This document shows positions 31,786-40,192 of a stretch of 52,276 nt of DNA, in pieces. The stretch's first letter is position 1, and every line of letters begins with the position of its first letter. The DNA comes from Minisyncoccota bacterium (GTDB taxonomy: Bacteria > Patescibacteriota > Minisyncoccia > Phycocordibacterales > UBA1550), in the NCBI GenBank assembly GCA_028712595.1, contig JAQTPS010000003.1:1-52276 (forward strand), read 5' to 3'. Both the position numbers and the translations under genes were made by a program. The notes beneath the pieces are model-generated. The model was not told the origin of the DNA and did no database searches. It saw only the letters and a list, made by a program, of their open reading frames with translations.

Positions 31786-33162
31786 ATGAAAAAAGGAGAC
31801 GAGATTGTGGACATATTAACTCGCGGCGTGGGCGGTTTTGTTGACCCAACCGGAGCTTTTAAGGAAAAGCTTACAAAAAAAGCGAATGGCGAAGATGTGG
31901 GTGAAATTATTATTAAATTTGGCGTTGACCCGACCCGCCCCGACATCCATTTAGGGCATGCGGTTGTGTTTCGCAAGCTTCGCCAGTTTCAAAACCTTGG
32001 TTGCAAGATAATTTTCCTTATCGGTGATTTCACTGTGGCAATAGGGGACCCGACGGGGAAAAGCAAGGTTCGCCCAGAAATAAATCAAAAGGAAGTTGAA
32101 AACAACGTGGCTACTTACTTGGCGCAAGTCGGCAAGATTTTAAAAATTGACGACCCAAAACTCTTTTCGTGGATACGAAACTCTGATTGGTTTACCAGCC
32201 CAATGGACATTTTGGTTCCCGAAAATTTTAAACTAGAAATTAACGGACAAAAAGTTCCATCAAACTCTCTTTTGGCAAAAACAGCTTTTTTTGAAAACAC
32301 AAGAATGCAAAAAACACACCTTGGGAAAGAGGGCGCGATAGGCGTAAATCTTGTAAACATGCTTTGGAACTTGAAACACATAACCGAACCCCAGCTTATC
32401 GAACGAGATATGTTCCAAGACCGCCTCAAGTCCGGCAGTCCTTTGTTTATGCACGAAATGATGTACCCGGTTTTGCAAGGGCTGGACTCAGTGTGCATAT
32501 ACAGGATTTATGGGGGGTGCGATATGGAAATCGGCGGAACTGACCAAACCTTCAATATGCTTATGGGGCGCAACATTATGAAAGCAAATAATCAGCCCGA
32601 GCAAGCGGTTATGAGCATGGAAATCCTAGTTGGAACCGACGGGAAAGAAAAAATGAGCAAGAGCTTGGATAACTACATAGGTATTACCGATGAACCAAAC
32701 AATATGTTTGGCAAAGTAATGTCTATTAATGACAGCTCAATCCCTAATTTCTATGAACTCTGCACCGTAGCTACTCCAGAAAGAATAAAAGAAATAAAAG
32801 CAGAGCTCAAAAAAGGAAAAACAAACCCTCGCGATTTGAAAATGGCACTTGCCGAAGAGATTGTCGCGACATATCACGGCAAAGACAAAGCGATTTCTGC
32901 GCGCGAAGCGTTCATAAATACTTTTCAGAAAAAAGAAATTCCCGACGATGTGATGGAATTCAAGGGAGGGGATGCGCTACTCGGCGACATACTTCACGCA
33001 GAAGAAATTGTTGAATCAAAAACAGAGTGGCGACGACTCATTGACAGAGGAGCAGTGAAACGCTTGTCTCCAAAAGGCGAGCAAAAAATAATTGACCCAA
33101 AGGTTCGCGCAACCCCCGGAGTCTACAAGATCGGCAAGAAAAGATTTATAAAAATAGTGTAA
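31786..33162 (+). CDS. tyrS: Tyrosyl-tRNA synthetase
   Basis: HIGH motif as HLGH, GDFTVAIGDPTGK, an exact KMSKS, and a C-terminal S4-like domain. TAATAT -10 ends 8 nt before the ATG. Confidence 0.88.
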   Translation: MKKGDEIVDILTRGVGGFVDPTGAFKEKLTKKANGEDVGEIIIKFGVDPTRPDIHLGHAVVFRKLRQFQNLGCKIIFLIGDFTVAIGDPTGKSKVRPEINQKEVENNVATYLAQVGKILKIDDPKLFSWIRNSDWFTSPMDILVPENFKLEINGQKVPSNSLLAKTAFFENTRMQKTHLGKEGAIGVNLVNMLWNLKHITEPQLIERDMFQDRLKSGSPLFMHEMMYPVLQGLDSVCIYRIYGGCDMEIGGTDQTFNMLMGRNIMKANNQPEQAVMSMEILVGTDGKEKMSKSLDNYIGITDEPNNMFGKVMSINDSSIPNFYELCTVATPERIKEIKAELKKGKTNPRDLKMALAEEIVATYHGKDKAISAREAFINTFQKKEIPDDVMEFKGGDALLGDILHAEEIVESKTEWRRLIDRGAVKRLSPKGEQKIIDPKVRATPGVYKIGKKRFIKIV

Positions 33163-33167
33163 TAGTA

Positions 33168-33201
33168 AAAAGCCCCACCCCTTTAAGGGGGTGGGGCTTT
33201 T
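33168..33201. terminator. Bidirectional terminator
   Basis: AAAGCCCCACCCC / GGGGTGGGGCTTTT. Confidence 0.75.
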
Positions 33202-33210
33202 AAATTAGTG

Positions 33211-33381
33211 TTAATCCAAAAGTTGCGACCCACCAAAAGAGAAATTAAGCAAACCCTCCTCTTCTTCTTTAATGTCTGGTTCGTCCTCAAGATCTATCTC
33301 CGCATCTAGAGTATCCAGATCGGGCTCTTTTACAAAATCTAGTTCATCCTCATTAATTTCACGTTCGTCTTCGAATGCCAT
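33211..33381 (-). CDS. Very acidic small protein (56 aa), function unknown
   Basis: Manual translation gives MAFEDEREINEDELDFVKEPDLDTLDAEIDLEDEPDIKEEEEGLLNFSFGGSQLLD. It is below the track cut-off and ends at the bidirectional terminator. Confidence 0.45.
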   Translation of the reverse strand: MAFEDEREINEDELDFVKEPDLDTLDAEIDLEDEPDIKEEEEGLLNFSFGGSQLLD

Positions 33382-33539
33382 ATTTGTTTTTGCTATTTAA
33401 ATTTGTAAATTAAGCGCCTGTGAAGGGGCCAGATGCCACAGACTTTCATATGTTGTAGCAAAAAGTTTTTTAATGTGCAATGATTTTCAAAAAAAACTGT
33501 GGATAACTTGTGGAACCCCAGAAAAAGGGCGAGAAGTGC

Positions 33540-34028
33540 TTATAAAACAAGGGTGTTTTGTGGGCGGGCGCAAGCGAAATGCGCAAGGCCAATTGCGATA
33601 GCGTCCATCTCGTCGTCCTGTTTTATGTTGTCTGCGCCAGAAATGAGCTTTTTTACCATTCTAACCATCTCTTCTTTTGTTGCTCTCCCGTATCCAGTGA
33701 TGGAAGTTTTTATTTGAAGTGGCGTGTATTCATAAACAGCAAGTTGAGAAAGGCACGCTTGGTAAAGTATTGCTCCACGAACTTCCGCAACGCGCATTCC
33801 AGTCTTTTGATTGGTAGACATAAAAAGATTTTCAATAGAAAGAGCTTCTGGCTTGAATTCTTTTATCACGCGAGCCACTTCGCGCCCAACAAGTTCAAGT
33901 CTTTCAACAAAAGGTAGATTCGCTTTGGTTTTGAAACACTCCGAAAAAAGAATTTTTTCTTTCTTATCTTTTTCTAGCACAGCAACCCCGAGTCGTTCGT
34001 ATCCAGGATCAATAGCAATTATTCGCAT
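33540..34028 (-). CDS. ruvC: Holliday junction resolvase RuvC
   Basis: MRIIAIDPGYERLGVAVLE N-terminus with catalytic acidic residues, 162 aa. Confidence 0.9.
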   Translation of the reverse strand: MRIIAIDPGYERLGVAVLEKDKKEKILFSECFKTKANLPFVERLELVGREVARVIKEFKPEALSIENLFMSTNQKTGMRVAEVRGAILYQACLSQLAVYEYTPLQIKTSITGYGRATKEEMVRMVKKLISGADNIKQDDEMDAIAIGLAHFACARPQNTLVL

Positions 34029-34076
34029 AAAAATATTTTAGCACTAAACCGCGATGGGTTGCTCCAGTCATTAAAC

Positions 34077-34607
34077 TTATTCCGCGTTTGTATAAACTTC
34101 CTGCACGTCGTCATGGTCATCAAGTTCCTCCATCAGTTCTTCGAGTGCTTTTCCGTCTTCTTCCGAAAGGGCTGTAGTTCCCTTTGGCTCAAAACCCTCG
34201 AATGTTTTTGTAAACGCCCAAGATGCCGCGCCCTGGCCGGCGAGAGCAAGTCCGCGTTTTGATAGGAGATGTTTTATTTCCGCTACTGTGCGGTTTTTGT
34301 TGTCGGTTAGACACTCAATCATGAGGGCGCACCCCCCAGGACCATATGTTTCGTAAAGTACGGCCTCCATTGCGCCAGCATCGGCGCCAGCGCCCTTTTT
34401 AACAGCGCGCTCAATAGCGTCGGCTGTCATATTTTCTTTTTTTGCGCGCTCAATTACCGCGCGAAGCCCAGGAGAAGACATATTTCCACCAGCTTTCTTT
34501 GATTCCATCGAAATAAGCTGGCCAAGCTTGCCAAAAATCTTGCTTTTTTTACCGTCAGTTATGGCTTTTTTCTGCTTAATTTGTGACCATTTATTGTGTC
34601 CGGACAT
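34077..34607 (-). CDS. YebC/PmpR-family protein, short form (176 aa)
   Basis: The MSGHNKWSQIKQKKA N-terminus is diagnostic. It is about 60-70 aa shorter than typical family members. Confidence 0.85.
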   Translation of the reverse strand: MSGHNKWSQIKQKKAITDGKKSKIFGKLGQLISMESKKAGGNMSSPGLRAVIERAKKENMTADAIERAVKKGAGADAGAMEAVLYETYGPGGCALMIECLTDNKNRTVAEIKHLLSKRGLALAGQGAASWAFTKTFEGFEPKGTTALSEEDGKALEELMEELDDHDDVQEVYTNAE

Positions 34608-34683
34608 ATATTTAATAATTATCCTATTTACTTATCAGCATAGCTGAAATTGGGGAAAAAGAAAAATGCCGTTAGGCACCGAA

Positions 34684-34729
34684 GGTATAGGTTGATTCAA
34701 GTTTGGCCAAACTTGAATCAACCTATACC
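34684..34729. repeat. 46-bp perfect palindrome in a divergent intergenic region
   Basis: GGTATAGGTTGATTCAAGTTTGG | CCAAACTTGAATCAACCTATACC with no spacer. ATACCGAGGT (34725-34734) also pairs with ACCTCGGTAT (34787-34796). Confidence 0.9.
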
Positions 34730-34883
34730 GAGGTGTTACAATAGATTATGTTGAAAAATACATTCCGAACCCTCAAAACTTCCATTACCTCGGTATTGTT
34801 TCTTGCTATAAATAATACTTATTTATAGCTTCCCCACGTAGTCTTTTTATCAGCCCAAATAACGCTTTTTAAGTATTAGTACA

Positions 34884-36266
34884 ATGAAAAATATCCTTCA
34901 GACCACCAAAATCATCACCCTCGCCGTCATTCTTTCTCTCGGTCTCTCCTATGTCTACGCCTGGACAGCCCCAACCCAAACTGCTCCAGCGGGAAACGTA
35001 TCTGCGCCGCTAAATACAAGTGGTACCGACCAGACAAAGCTCGGAAGCTTGTCGTTTGCAAGCTTCCTCGACTCAAATAATACAGATTACTTTCTAAACC
35101 CAAACGGGGATTCGGTCTTAAGCAATGTTTTAGTAACTGGTGGTGATGTTTGCACTGGCTGGGATCAAGTAGCCCACGCATGGACTGCATCGAAAAAATG
35201 TTTGAGTACCGCAGGTGGTAGCAGTGGAGGTAGTGGCGTTAATGAATATGGAGATGGTTCGAGTTTGGATGGTGATATTACTTCGAATACTACACTTACA
35301 GCCAACAAGCAATACAACAACCTTAGAATACGGTCGGGTGTTTCGTTAAATACTGGAGGATATATTGTAAAAGTAAAAGGCACCCTTACTTTTGACAGCG
35401 CAACATCAAAAATTATTCTTAATGGAGGGGGCGGAGGCAATGGCGCCAATGCTTCGGGGTCTGGTGGTAATACATGTGGAGCTCCTTGTGGACAATTTCC
35501 TGCCGCCGGCGGTCTTAGTGGAACCCCTGCACCAAGCGCAGTTCTTCCGTTGGCTATAGCAGGCGCCACTGGCGGACTGGGTGGTATGGGAGGAGAACCC
35601 TCAAGCGAGAGTGGGTCGGCGGGAACTTCAAACGCTGGCTCATCTGAGGCTAACGGTATCGGAAGTGGCGGTGTTGTCGGGGTTGCTGGCGCTGGTTCAT
35701 CTTCTTTTGGCGCAGCGACTACCGCTACGGCACCAATCCAAAATATATTAGCAATGCTATTCCAGTTGCCCGTTATTGACAATACTAACCCACCAACCCT
35801 TGCCGGGGGAGGTTCTTCGGGTGGCTCTGGAGGAGGAGGCGGTGGAAATGGAGGTTACTATTGGGGATATTCGGGTGGTCGCGGTGGTGGTGCTGGCGGA
35901 AACGGCGCTAACGGAGGAAATGTTTGGCTTGCTCTGAATGCAGTTTCCGGTGACGGCGTAATTGAAGCCAAGGGTGGAAACGGTGGAAATGGGGGAAACG
36001 GTTCAGACGGAACAACTAATACTTATAGTGGTGGCTCTGGTGGTGGAGGGGCTGGTGGCTCCGGGGGCACGGGTGGAGTTATTGTAATTGTATACAATGA
36101 CCTTTCGGCGTGGACCGGCAGTCGTACAAACGTAAGCGGTGGAACTGGTGGCACAGGAGGACGTCGTGGGTGCGACCCGCCAACTTCTCCCTCAACTTGT
36201 CCAAGACCTTTCGCTAGTTCGGGCAACACCGGCAACACCGGGAAAATTTATTTTATAAAGAGGTAA
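34884..36266 (+). CDS. Secreted or anchored Gly-rich repeat protein (460 aa), function unknown
   Basis: Hydrophobic N-terminus, then WTAPTQTAPAGNVSAPLNTSGTDQTKLGSL, then long GGxGGxG tracts. Confidence 0.75.
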   Translation: MKNILQTTKIITLAVILSLGLSYVYAWTAPTQTAPAGNVSAPLNTSGTDQTKLGSLSFASFLDSNNTDYFLNPNGDSVLSNVLVTGGDVCTGWDQVAHAWTASKKCLSTAGGSSGGSGVNEYGDGSSLDGDITSNTTLTANKQYNNLRIRSGVSLNTGGYIVKVKGTLTFDSATSKIILNGGGGGNGANASGSGGNTCGAPCGQFPAAGGLSGTPAPSAVLPLAIAGATGGLGGMGGEPSSESGSAGTSNAGSSEANGIGSGGVVGVAGAGSSSFGAATTATAPIQNILAMLFQLPVIDNTNPPTLAGGGSSGGSGGGGGGNGGYYWGYSGGRGGGAGGNGANGGNVWLALNAVSGDGVIEAKGGNGGNGGNGSDGTTNTYSGGSGGGGAGGSGGTGGVIVIVYNDLSAWTGSRTNVSGGTGGTGGRRGCDPPTSPSTCPRPFASSGNTGNTGKIYFIKR

Positions 36267-36280
36267 TTATTTAAACACAA

Positions 36281-36318
36281 AAAAGTCCAGCCTTTTAGAT
36301 AAAGGTCGGACCTTTTTG
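36281..36318. terminator. Bidirectional terminator
   Basis: AAAAGTCCAGCC / GGTCGGACCTTTTT imperfect stem. Confidence 0.55.
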
Positions 36319-36444
36319 TTTTCTTAAAGAAGTTTAATTTGTTTATCCCGTTAGAAGCAAAATCCCGAGACTTGCCTAACGAATACTAGATTTTTACTGT
36401 GGAAAATATTGTAACGCGGAGCTGAATCCTCGCTCGCCAAGCTT

Positions 36445-37488
36445 CTAACGGGACTTGTCGGCAGGATAATCAAAACCCAAATGCTCATATGCGCGCGGAG
36501 TTGCGACGCGACCGCGTGGCGTGCGTTCTATTAGACCTAGTTGCATCAAATATGGCTCATTAACTTCTTCAATAGTTGAGACCTCTTCCGAGAGAGCGGC
36601 CGCAATAGTGGAAAGTCCAACAGGTCCGCCGTTATATTTATCAATAATTACTTCCAAGATTTTTCTGTCGAGCGCCGTCAAGCCAAATTCATCAATTTCG
36701 AGGAGCGCAAGGGCTTCTGCGACGAATTTTGCCGACAAATCTCCGCGTTCTACTTGCGCAAAATCGCGAGCTCGTTTCAAAAGATAGTTTGCGGTGCGTG
36801 GAGTCGAGCGACTTCTCTTTGCAATCTCTTTCGCCGCTTCGTTTGAAAGAGGAATTCCCAAAATTTTTGCGGAACGTTTAATAATTTTTTCGATTTCTTC
36901 GTTTGTATAAAATTCCAACCTAAAAGTTCCTCCGGAAAAACGTGAACGCAGTGGCGCGGACAGAAGTGCAACGCGAGTAGTCGCCGCAATCAAAGTGAAC
37001 GGAGGCAAATCGAGCTGTATGATGCGAGCGCTTGGTCCTTTCCCGATAATAATATCAAGAACGCCCGATTCCATAGCGGGGTAGAGAACTTCCTCTATCA
37101 TTTTATTCAGTCGATGAATCTCATCTATGAAAAGAACATCTCCCGGAGAAAGATTGGTCAAAATAGACGCCAAATCACCGACTTTTTCTATCGCCGGACC
37201 CGAGGTATTTTTAATTTGACAGCCCATTTCCTTTGCTATAAGATGCGCCAGGGTTGTTTTTCCGAGTCCTGGCGGACCATAAAAAAGAAGATGTTCTGGT
37301 GGATGTTCTCGCTCCCTCGCAGCTTGAAGTAAAATCTTTAAATTCTTCTTAATTGTCTCTTGCCCTACATAATCCTCGAAACGACCAGGGCGAAGAGCCT
37401 GTTCAATAGAGGAAAATTCCTGAGAAATGCCTTTGTTTTCAGGGGATTTTTCAGAATTATGGAGTTTTTTGGGGGAGGGGCTTGACAT
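36445..37488 (-). CDS. ruvB: Holliday junction branch-migration helicase RuvB
   Basis: Walker [10 protein letters not shown], Walker [11 protein letters not shown], and a winged-helix C-terminus. Confidence 0.95.
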   Translation of the reverse strand: MSSPSPKKLHNSEKSPENKGISQEFSSIEQALRPGRFEDYVGQETIKKNLKILLQAAREREHPPEHLLFYGPPGLGKTTLAHLIAKEMGCQIKNTSGPAIEKVGDLASILTNLSPGDVLFIDEIHRLNKMIEEVLYPAMESGVLDIIIGKGPSARIIQLDLPPFTLIAATTRVALLSAPLRSRFSGGTFRLEFYTNEEIEKIIKRSAKILGIPLSNEAAKEIAKRSRSTPRTANYLLKRARDFAQVERGDLSAKFVAEALALLEIDEFGLTALDRKILEVIIDKYNGGPVGLSTIAAALSEEVSTIEEVNEPYLMQLGLIERTPRGRVATPRAYEHLGFDYPADKSR

Positions 37489-37510
37489 AAAAATTGTTTC
37501 GTGCTAGGAT
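37482..37510 (+). promoter_or_regulatory. Plus-strand promoter-like element TTGACA-17-TAGGAT (TGC-extended), overlapping the ruvB start codon
   Basis: TTGACA 37482-37487 and TGCTAGGAT 37502-37510. A hairpin plus T-run follows at 37519-37548. Confidence 0.4.
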
Positions 37511-37557
37511 AGATTCATAGATGGCAAACGGGCCATCTCTGTTTTTTTCAAAAAGAT

Positions 37558-37730
37558 CCTGTATATAAGCCTCTTATGGTTGGGTCCTTCGGGGCTCACA
37601 TGGTTGTGGACGAGGACGTTTCGGTACTTCGCTTTACGCGCTGACCACTGAAACTATCCTTAGACCGCTTCTTCACCCGATTCCTTGTTGAGTTGGGAAC
37701 CACTAGGGGTTTATATATTGGATTTTTTTG
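37558..37730 (+). ncRNA. Candidate structured RNA (~170 nt), class unknown
   Basis: A 16-position closing helix, CCTGTATATAAGCCTC (37558-37573) with GGGGTTTATATATTGG (37706-37721), has 3 G-U pairs valid only on the plus strand. It continues as TGGTT/AACCA. An internal GGGTCC-TTCG-GGGCTC hairpin is present, and a T-run follows the 3' arm. Confidence 0.35.
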
Positions 37731-37783
37731 TTTTCAACCCTATTCGCTTTGTTTAATAGTATCGGGTTTCAGCTCAAATAACA

Positions 37784-37818
37784 AATCTCAGGGAGGACGG
37801 TCCTCCCTGAGATTTTTA
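37784..37818. terminator. Bidirectional terminator downstream of pilB
   Basis: ATCTCAGGGAGGA / TCCTCCCTGAGAT stem with T-runs on both strands. Confidence 0.75.
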
Positions 37819-37825
37819 GTAATGA

Positions 37826-39511
37826 TTATTCTGCCTCAAGGTCTATTGTGCGCTCCACTTCGTCGAACGAAGTTATCCCTGAAAGTATTTTTTCAATTCC
37901 GTCTTCACGCATATTCAAAGTTTCTTGTTTTTTTGCAGCCTCGCGAACCTCTCGCTCACTTGGAATGCCGTCGAGAAGCTTTTCTATCTTTGCATCCATA
38001 AGTATTGCTTCAAAAATACCAATTCGTCCTCTGTAGCCGGTTCCATTACACTTGTCGCACCCAACCGCTCGCCAAATTTTCTTTGTTTGAACCTCGGTTC
38101 CAGTTTTTTCTTTGATTACGAGAGCAACTTCATCAATAATTTTCTTTTCACGCGCGTTTGGAGCATCTTCTTTCCTGCAAACAAGGCAAAGTTTACGAGC
38201 AAGACGCTGGGCGAGGGCAACCGTGAGTGACGAGCCGATAATTTTTGGCGTTACTCCGAGGTCAATCAATCGAGGAATCGTACCAGCGGCGGTATTTGTG
38301 TGGAGTGTCGAGAAAACCATATGCCCAGTGAGAGAAGCATTGATGGCAATCTTTGCCGTCTCGCCATCTCGGATTTCACCAATCATTATTACGTCCGGAT
38401 CTTGACGTACTGCAGCGCGAAGTCCTTCCAAAAATGTATATCCCTTGTCAGAGTCAACTTGCGTTTGAGAAACGCCCTTTAGGTGGTACTCAATAGGGTC
38501 TTCAATGGTCATCATTTTTATCTCCTCTGAATAAACTTTTTTCATAAAGACATACAGAGTTGTAGTTTTACCAGAGCCGGTAGGACCGGTGTTCAAAATC
38601 ATTCCATGTGGCTTTTGTATCTCACGTTCCATTATTGCAAGCAAACGGGGGCTCATTCCGAGGTCTTCCAAAGTGATATTTAGTGATTGTGGGTTCAAAA
38701 GTCGCATAACGATGCCTTCGCCGTACGCGCTCGGAATTACAGAGACACGAATTTCAATCTCAAGGTCAGATATTTTAATACTAAAACGTCCATCCTGACT
38801 TTCTGTGCCGATATTTAGCTTAAGTCCGGAGAGAAGTTTGATGCGTGAACTAAAAAGATGATAAATAGAAAGCGGGAGAATTCCAACATCATGCAAAACG
38901 CCGTCCATTCGATAGCGTAGGCGGATTTCATTTTCTGTTGGCTCGATGTGAATGTCTGACGCGCCGATTCCTATCGCTCCGGCGAGGATAGCGGAGAAAA
39001 TTTTTGAAACATTGCGTGAATCTTTGGACTCAAAAACGTTTTTGAGTTCTTTTTGCACGTCCGAAAGTGTTTTGAAGTGGTCAACCAAATTTTTCATACT
39101 TTCGCCCGAAATATCAATGAGCCCTGCCTCGCTTTTTGTGGAACCAGACAAATCTTTATATTGATTCCAAATTTTTTCCAAACTTGCGTGTGAGGCAAGG
39201 TAAAGCTCTACTATATAACCACGTCCTTCTAGGTAGGAGAGAGCTTCTTTGGTTTTTGGATCTATTGGAGAAAATATTGCAATCCTAACTTTTTTGCCTG
39301 TGAGTTGAAATGGACCCATCATTGCATCGCGCGCGGTCTCTTCTTTGATAATCTCAAGAGCAGAAGCATCGATAGGAACTGTTGCTAGGTTTATGTATGG
39401 AATGTCATACTTTCCAGACATTATCTGCAAAAAATCCTCCTCTTCTTGTTTGCGAAGAGTGGCAAATTGCTCGTCTTTGTTTGTTTCATCAAATTGAACC
39501 ATATTTATCAT
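37826..39511 (-). CDS. pilB: PilB/GspE-family secretion/pilus assembly ATPase
   Basis: Walker A GPTGSGKTTT, Asp/His boxes, and a C-terminal tetracysteine motif CLVCRKE...CDKCNGTGYRGRIGIFE. The start may be the second ATG at 39502, because ATG 39511 lies 3 nt after TATACT. Confidence 0.9.
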   Translation of the reverse strand: MINMVQFDETNKDEQFATLRKQEEEDFLQIMSGKYDIPYINLATVPIDASALEIIKEETARDAMMGPFQLTGKKVRIAIFSPIDPKTKEALSYLEGRGYIVELYLASHASLEKIWNQYKDLSGSTKSEAGLIDISGESMKNLVDHFKTLSDVQKELKNVFESKDSRNVSKIFSAILAGAIGIGASDIHIEPTENEIRLRYRMDGVLHDVGILPLSIYHLFSSRIKLLSGLKLNIGTESQDGRFSIKISDLEIEIRVSVIPSAYGEGIVMRLLNPQSLNITLEDLGMSPRLLAIMEREIQKPHGMILNTGPTGSGKTTTLYVFMKKVYSEEIKMMTIEDPIEYHLKGVSQTQVDSDKGYTFLEGLRAAVRQDPDVIMIGEIRDGETAKIAINASLTGHMVFSTLHTNTAAGTIPRLIDLGVTPKIIGSSLTVALAQRLARKLCLVCRKEDAPNAREKKIIDEVALVIKEKTGTEVQTKKIWRAVGCDKCNGTGYRGRIGIFEAILMDAKIEKLLDGIPSEREVREAAKKQETLNMREDGIEKILSGITSFDEVERTIDLEAE

Positions 39512-39570
39512 TGTAGTATAGCAGAATAAATCAAACAGGGCATCAGTTAGAGTGGGTTTGGCGCTACCCC

Positions 39571-39599
39571 TTGACTTATATCACTTTTTGTGCTATCTT
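39571..39599 (+). promoter_or_regulatory. Sigma70-type promoter, TTGACT-17-TATCTT (TGC-extended)
   Basis: TTGACT 39571-39576 and TGCTATCTT 39591-39599. Confidence 0.55.
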
Positions 39600-39655
39600 T
39601 GTCCTTAGTTGTACAAACACTGCCATTTGGCAGATTCATACCCACATACATACTT

Positions 39656-40147
39656 ATGCGTACGGTTATTTTCTCCACCGGCCTTTTTGTAGCCATTGGG
39701 CTTTCTTTCTCTCTCCCCGTAGTGGCACATGCTACAGGCGGAGAAAGCATTTCTGTTTACGACACAAAGAGCAGAGCGGAAGAAGGAATTCGTCGATGCA
39801 CCCTGACCGTGAAGGTCCCGCTTTCCAAGCTCTCGCTTGCCGAGAAGCCATCGCAGAACATTGCGGTGACCATCGCCGCGAAAGACGGCGTTACTCCCAA
39901 ATGGGTGACTATACTAATCGATGGAAAAATGTTCCGCGCCCGCCCCTTTTGGGAATGGCACCGGTTCCATCTCTCTCCTTCGGACAGAAGGATTGTTGTC
40001 GAGGTCTCTGACGTGCTCAAGGGTTACAAGCCCTCACGGCGACAGAAGAACCTTGAGGTCTCCATTCAATTGGAGCTAAGCGACGGCGCCAGCATCGAGG
40101 GTTTTGATAACCTGAAGATTCTGGATTACCGAAGCCTCGAGAATTGA
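39656..40147 (+). CDS. Secreted protein (163 aa), function unknown
   Basis: Trimmed to ATG 39656. Signal peptide MRTVIFSTGLFVAIGLSFSLPVVAHA. Confidence 0.7.
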   Translation: MRTVIFSTGLFVAIGLSFSLPVVAHATGGESISVYDTKSRAEEGIRRCTLTVKVPLSKLSLAEKPSQNIAVTIAAKDGVTPKWVTILIDGKMFRARPFWEWHRFHLSPSDRRIVVEVSDVLKGYKPSRRQKNLEVSIQLELSDGASIEGFDNLKILDYRSLEN

Positions 40148-40192
40148 TAAATTTGGCACTCGCGTAGTCATGTAGTAAGAAAATATCAAAAC

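Noticed and set aside
29127-31976. The 949-aa version of the PBP1A ORF, and similar N-terminal extensions in the track (1409, 2155, 2662, 5297, 20666, 22963, 39590, 41369, 42825, 44147, 45103, 47342, 50719).
   Set aside because: The extensions run through promoters, terminators, leader hairpins or neighbouring genes. An internal ATG directly precedes a signal peptide, TM anchor or conserved N-terminus in each case.
34077-34607. The short YebC (176 aa) and short HolA (237 aa) as pseudogenes.
   Set aside because: Both are uninterrupted ORFs with intact N-terminal signatures and proper gene context. Shortened domains are common in reduced genomes, so they are treated as functional short forms.
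37558-37730. SRP (4.5S), 6S, tmRNA or RNase P RNA identity for the structured region between ruvB and pilB.
   Set aside because: The minus strand has a GGUCAG...AAGUACC segment that superficially resembles SRP domain IV. However, the GNRA tetraloop and the conserved AGCA are missing. No tmRNA tRNA-like end and no RNase P P4 (GAGGAAAGUCC) motif is present. 6S cannot be excluded or supported by sequence alone.
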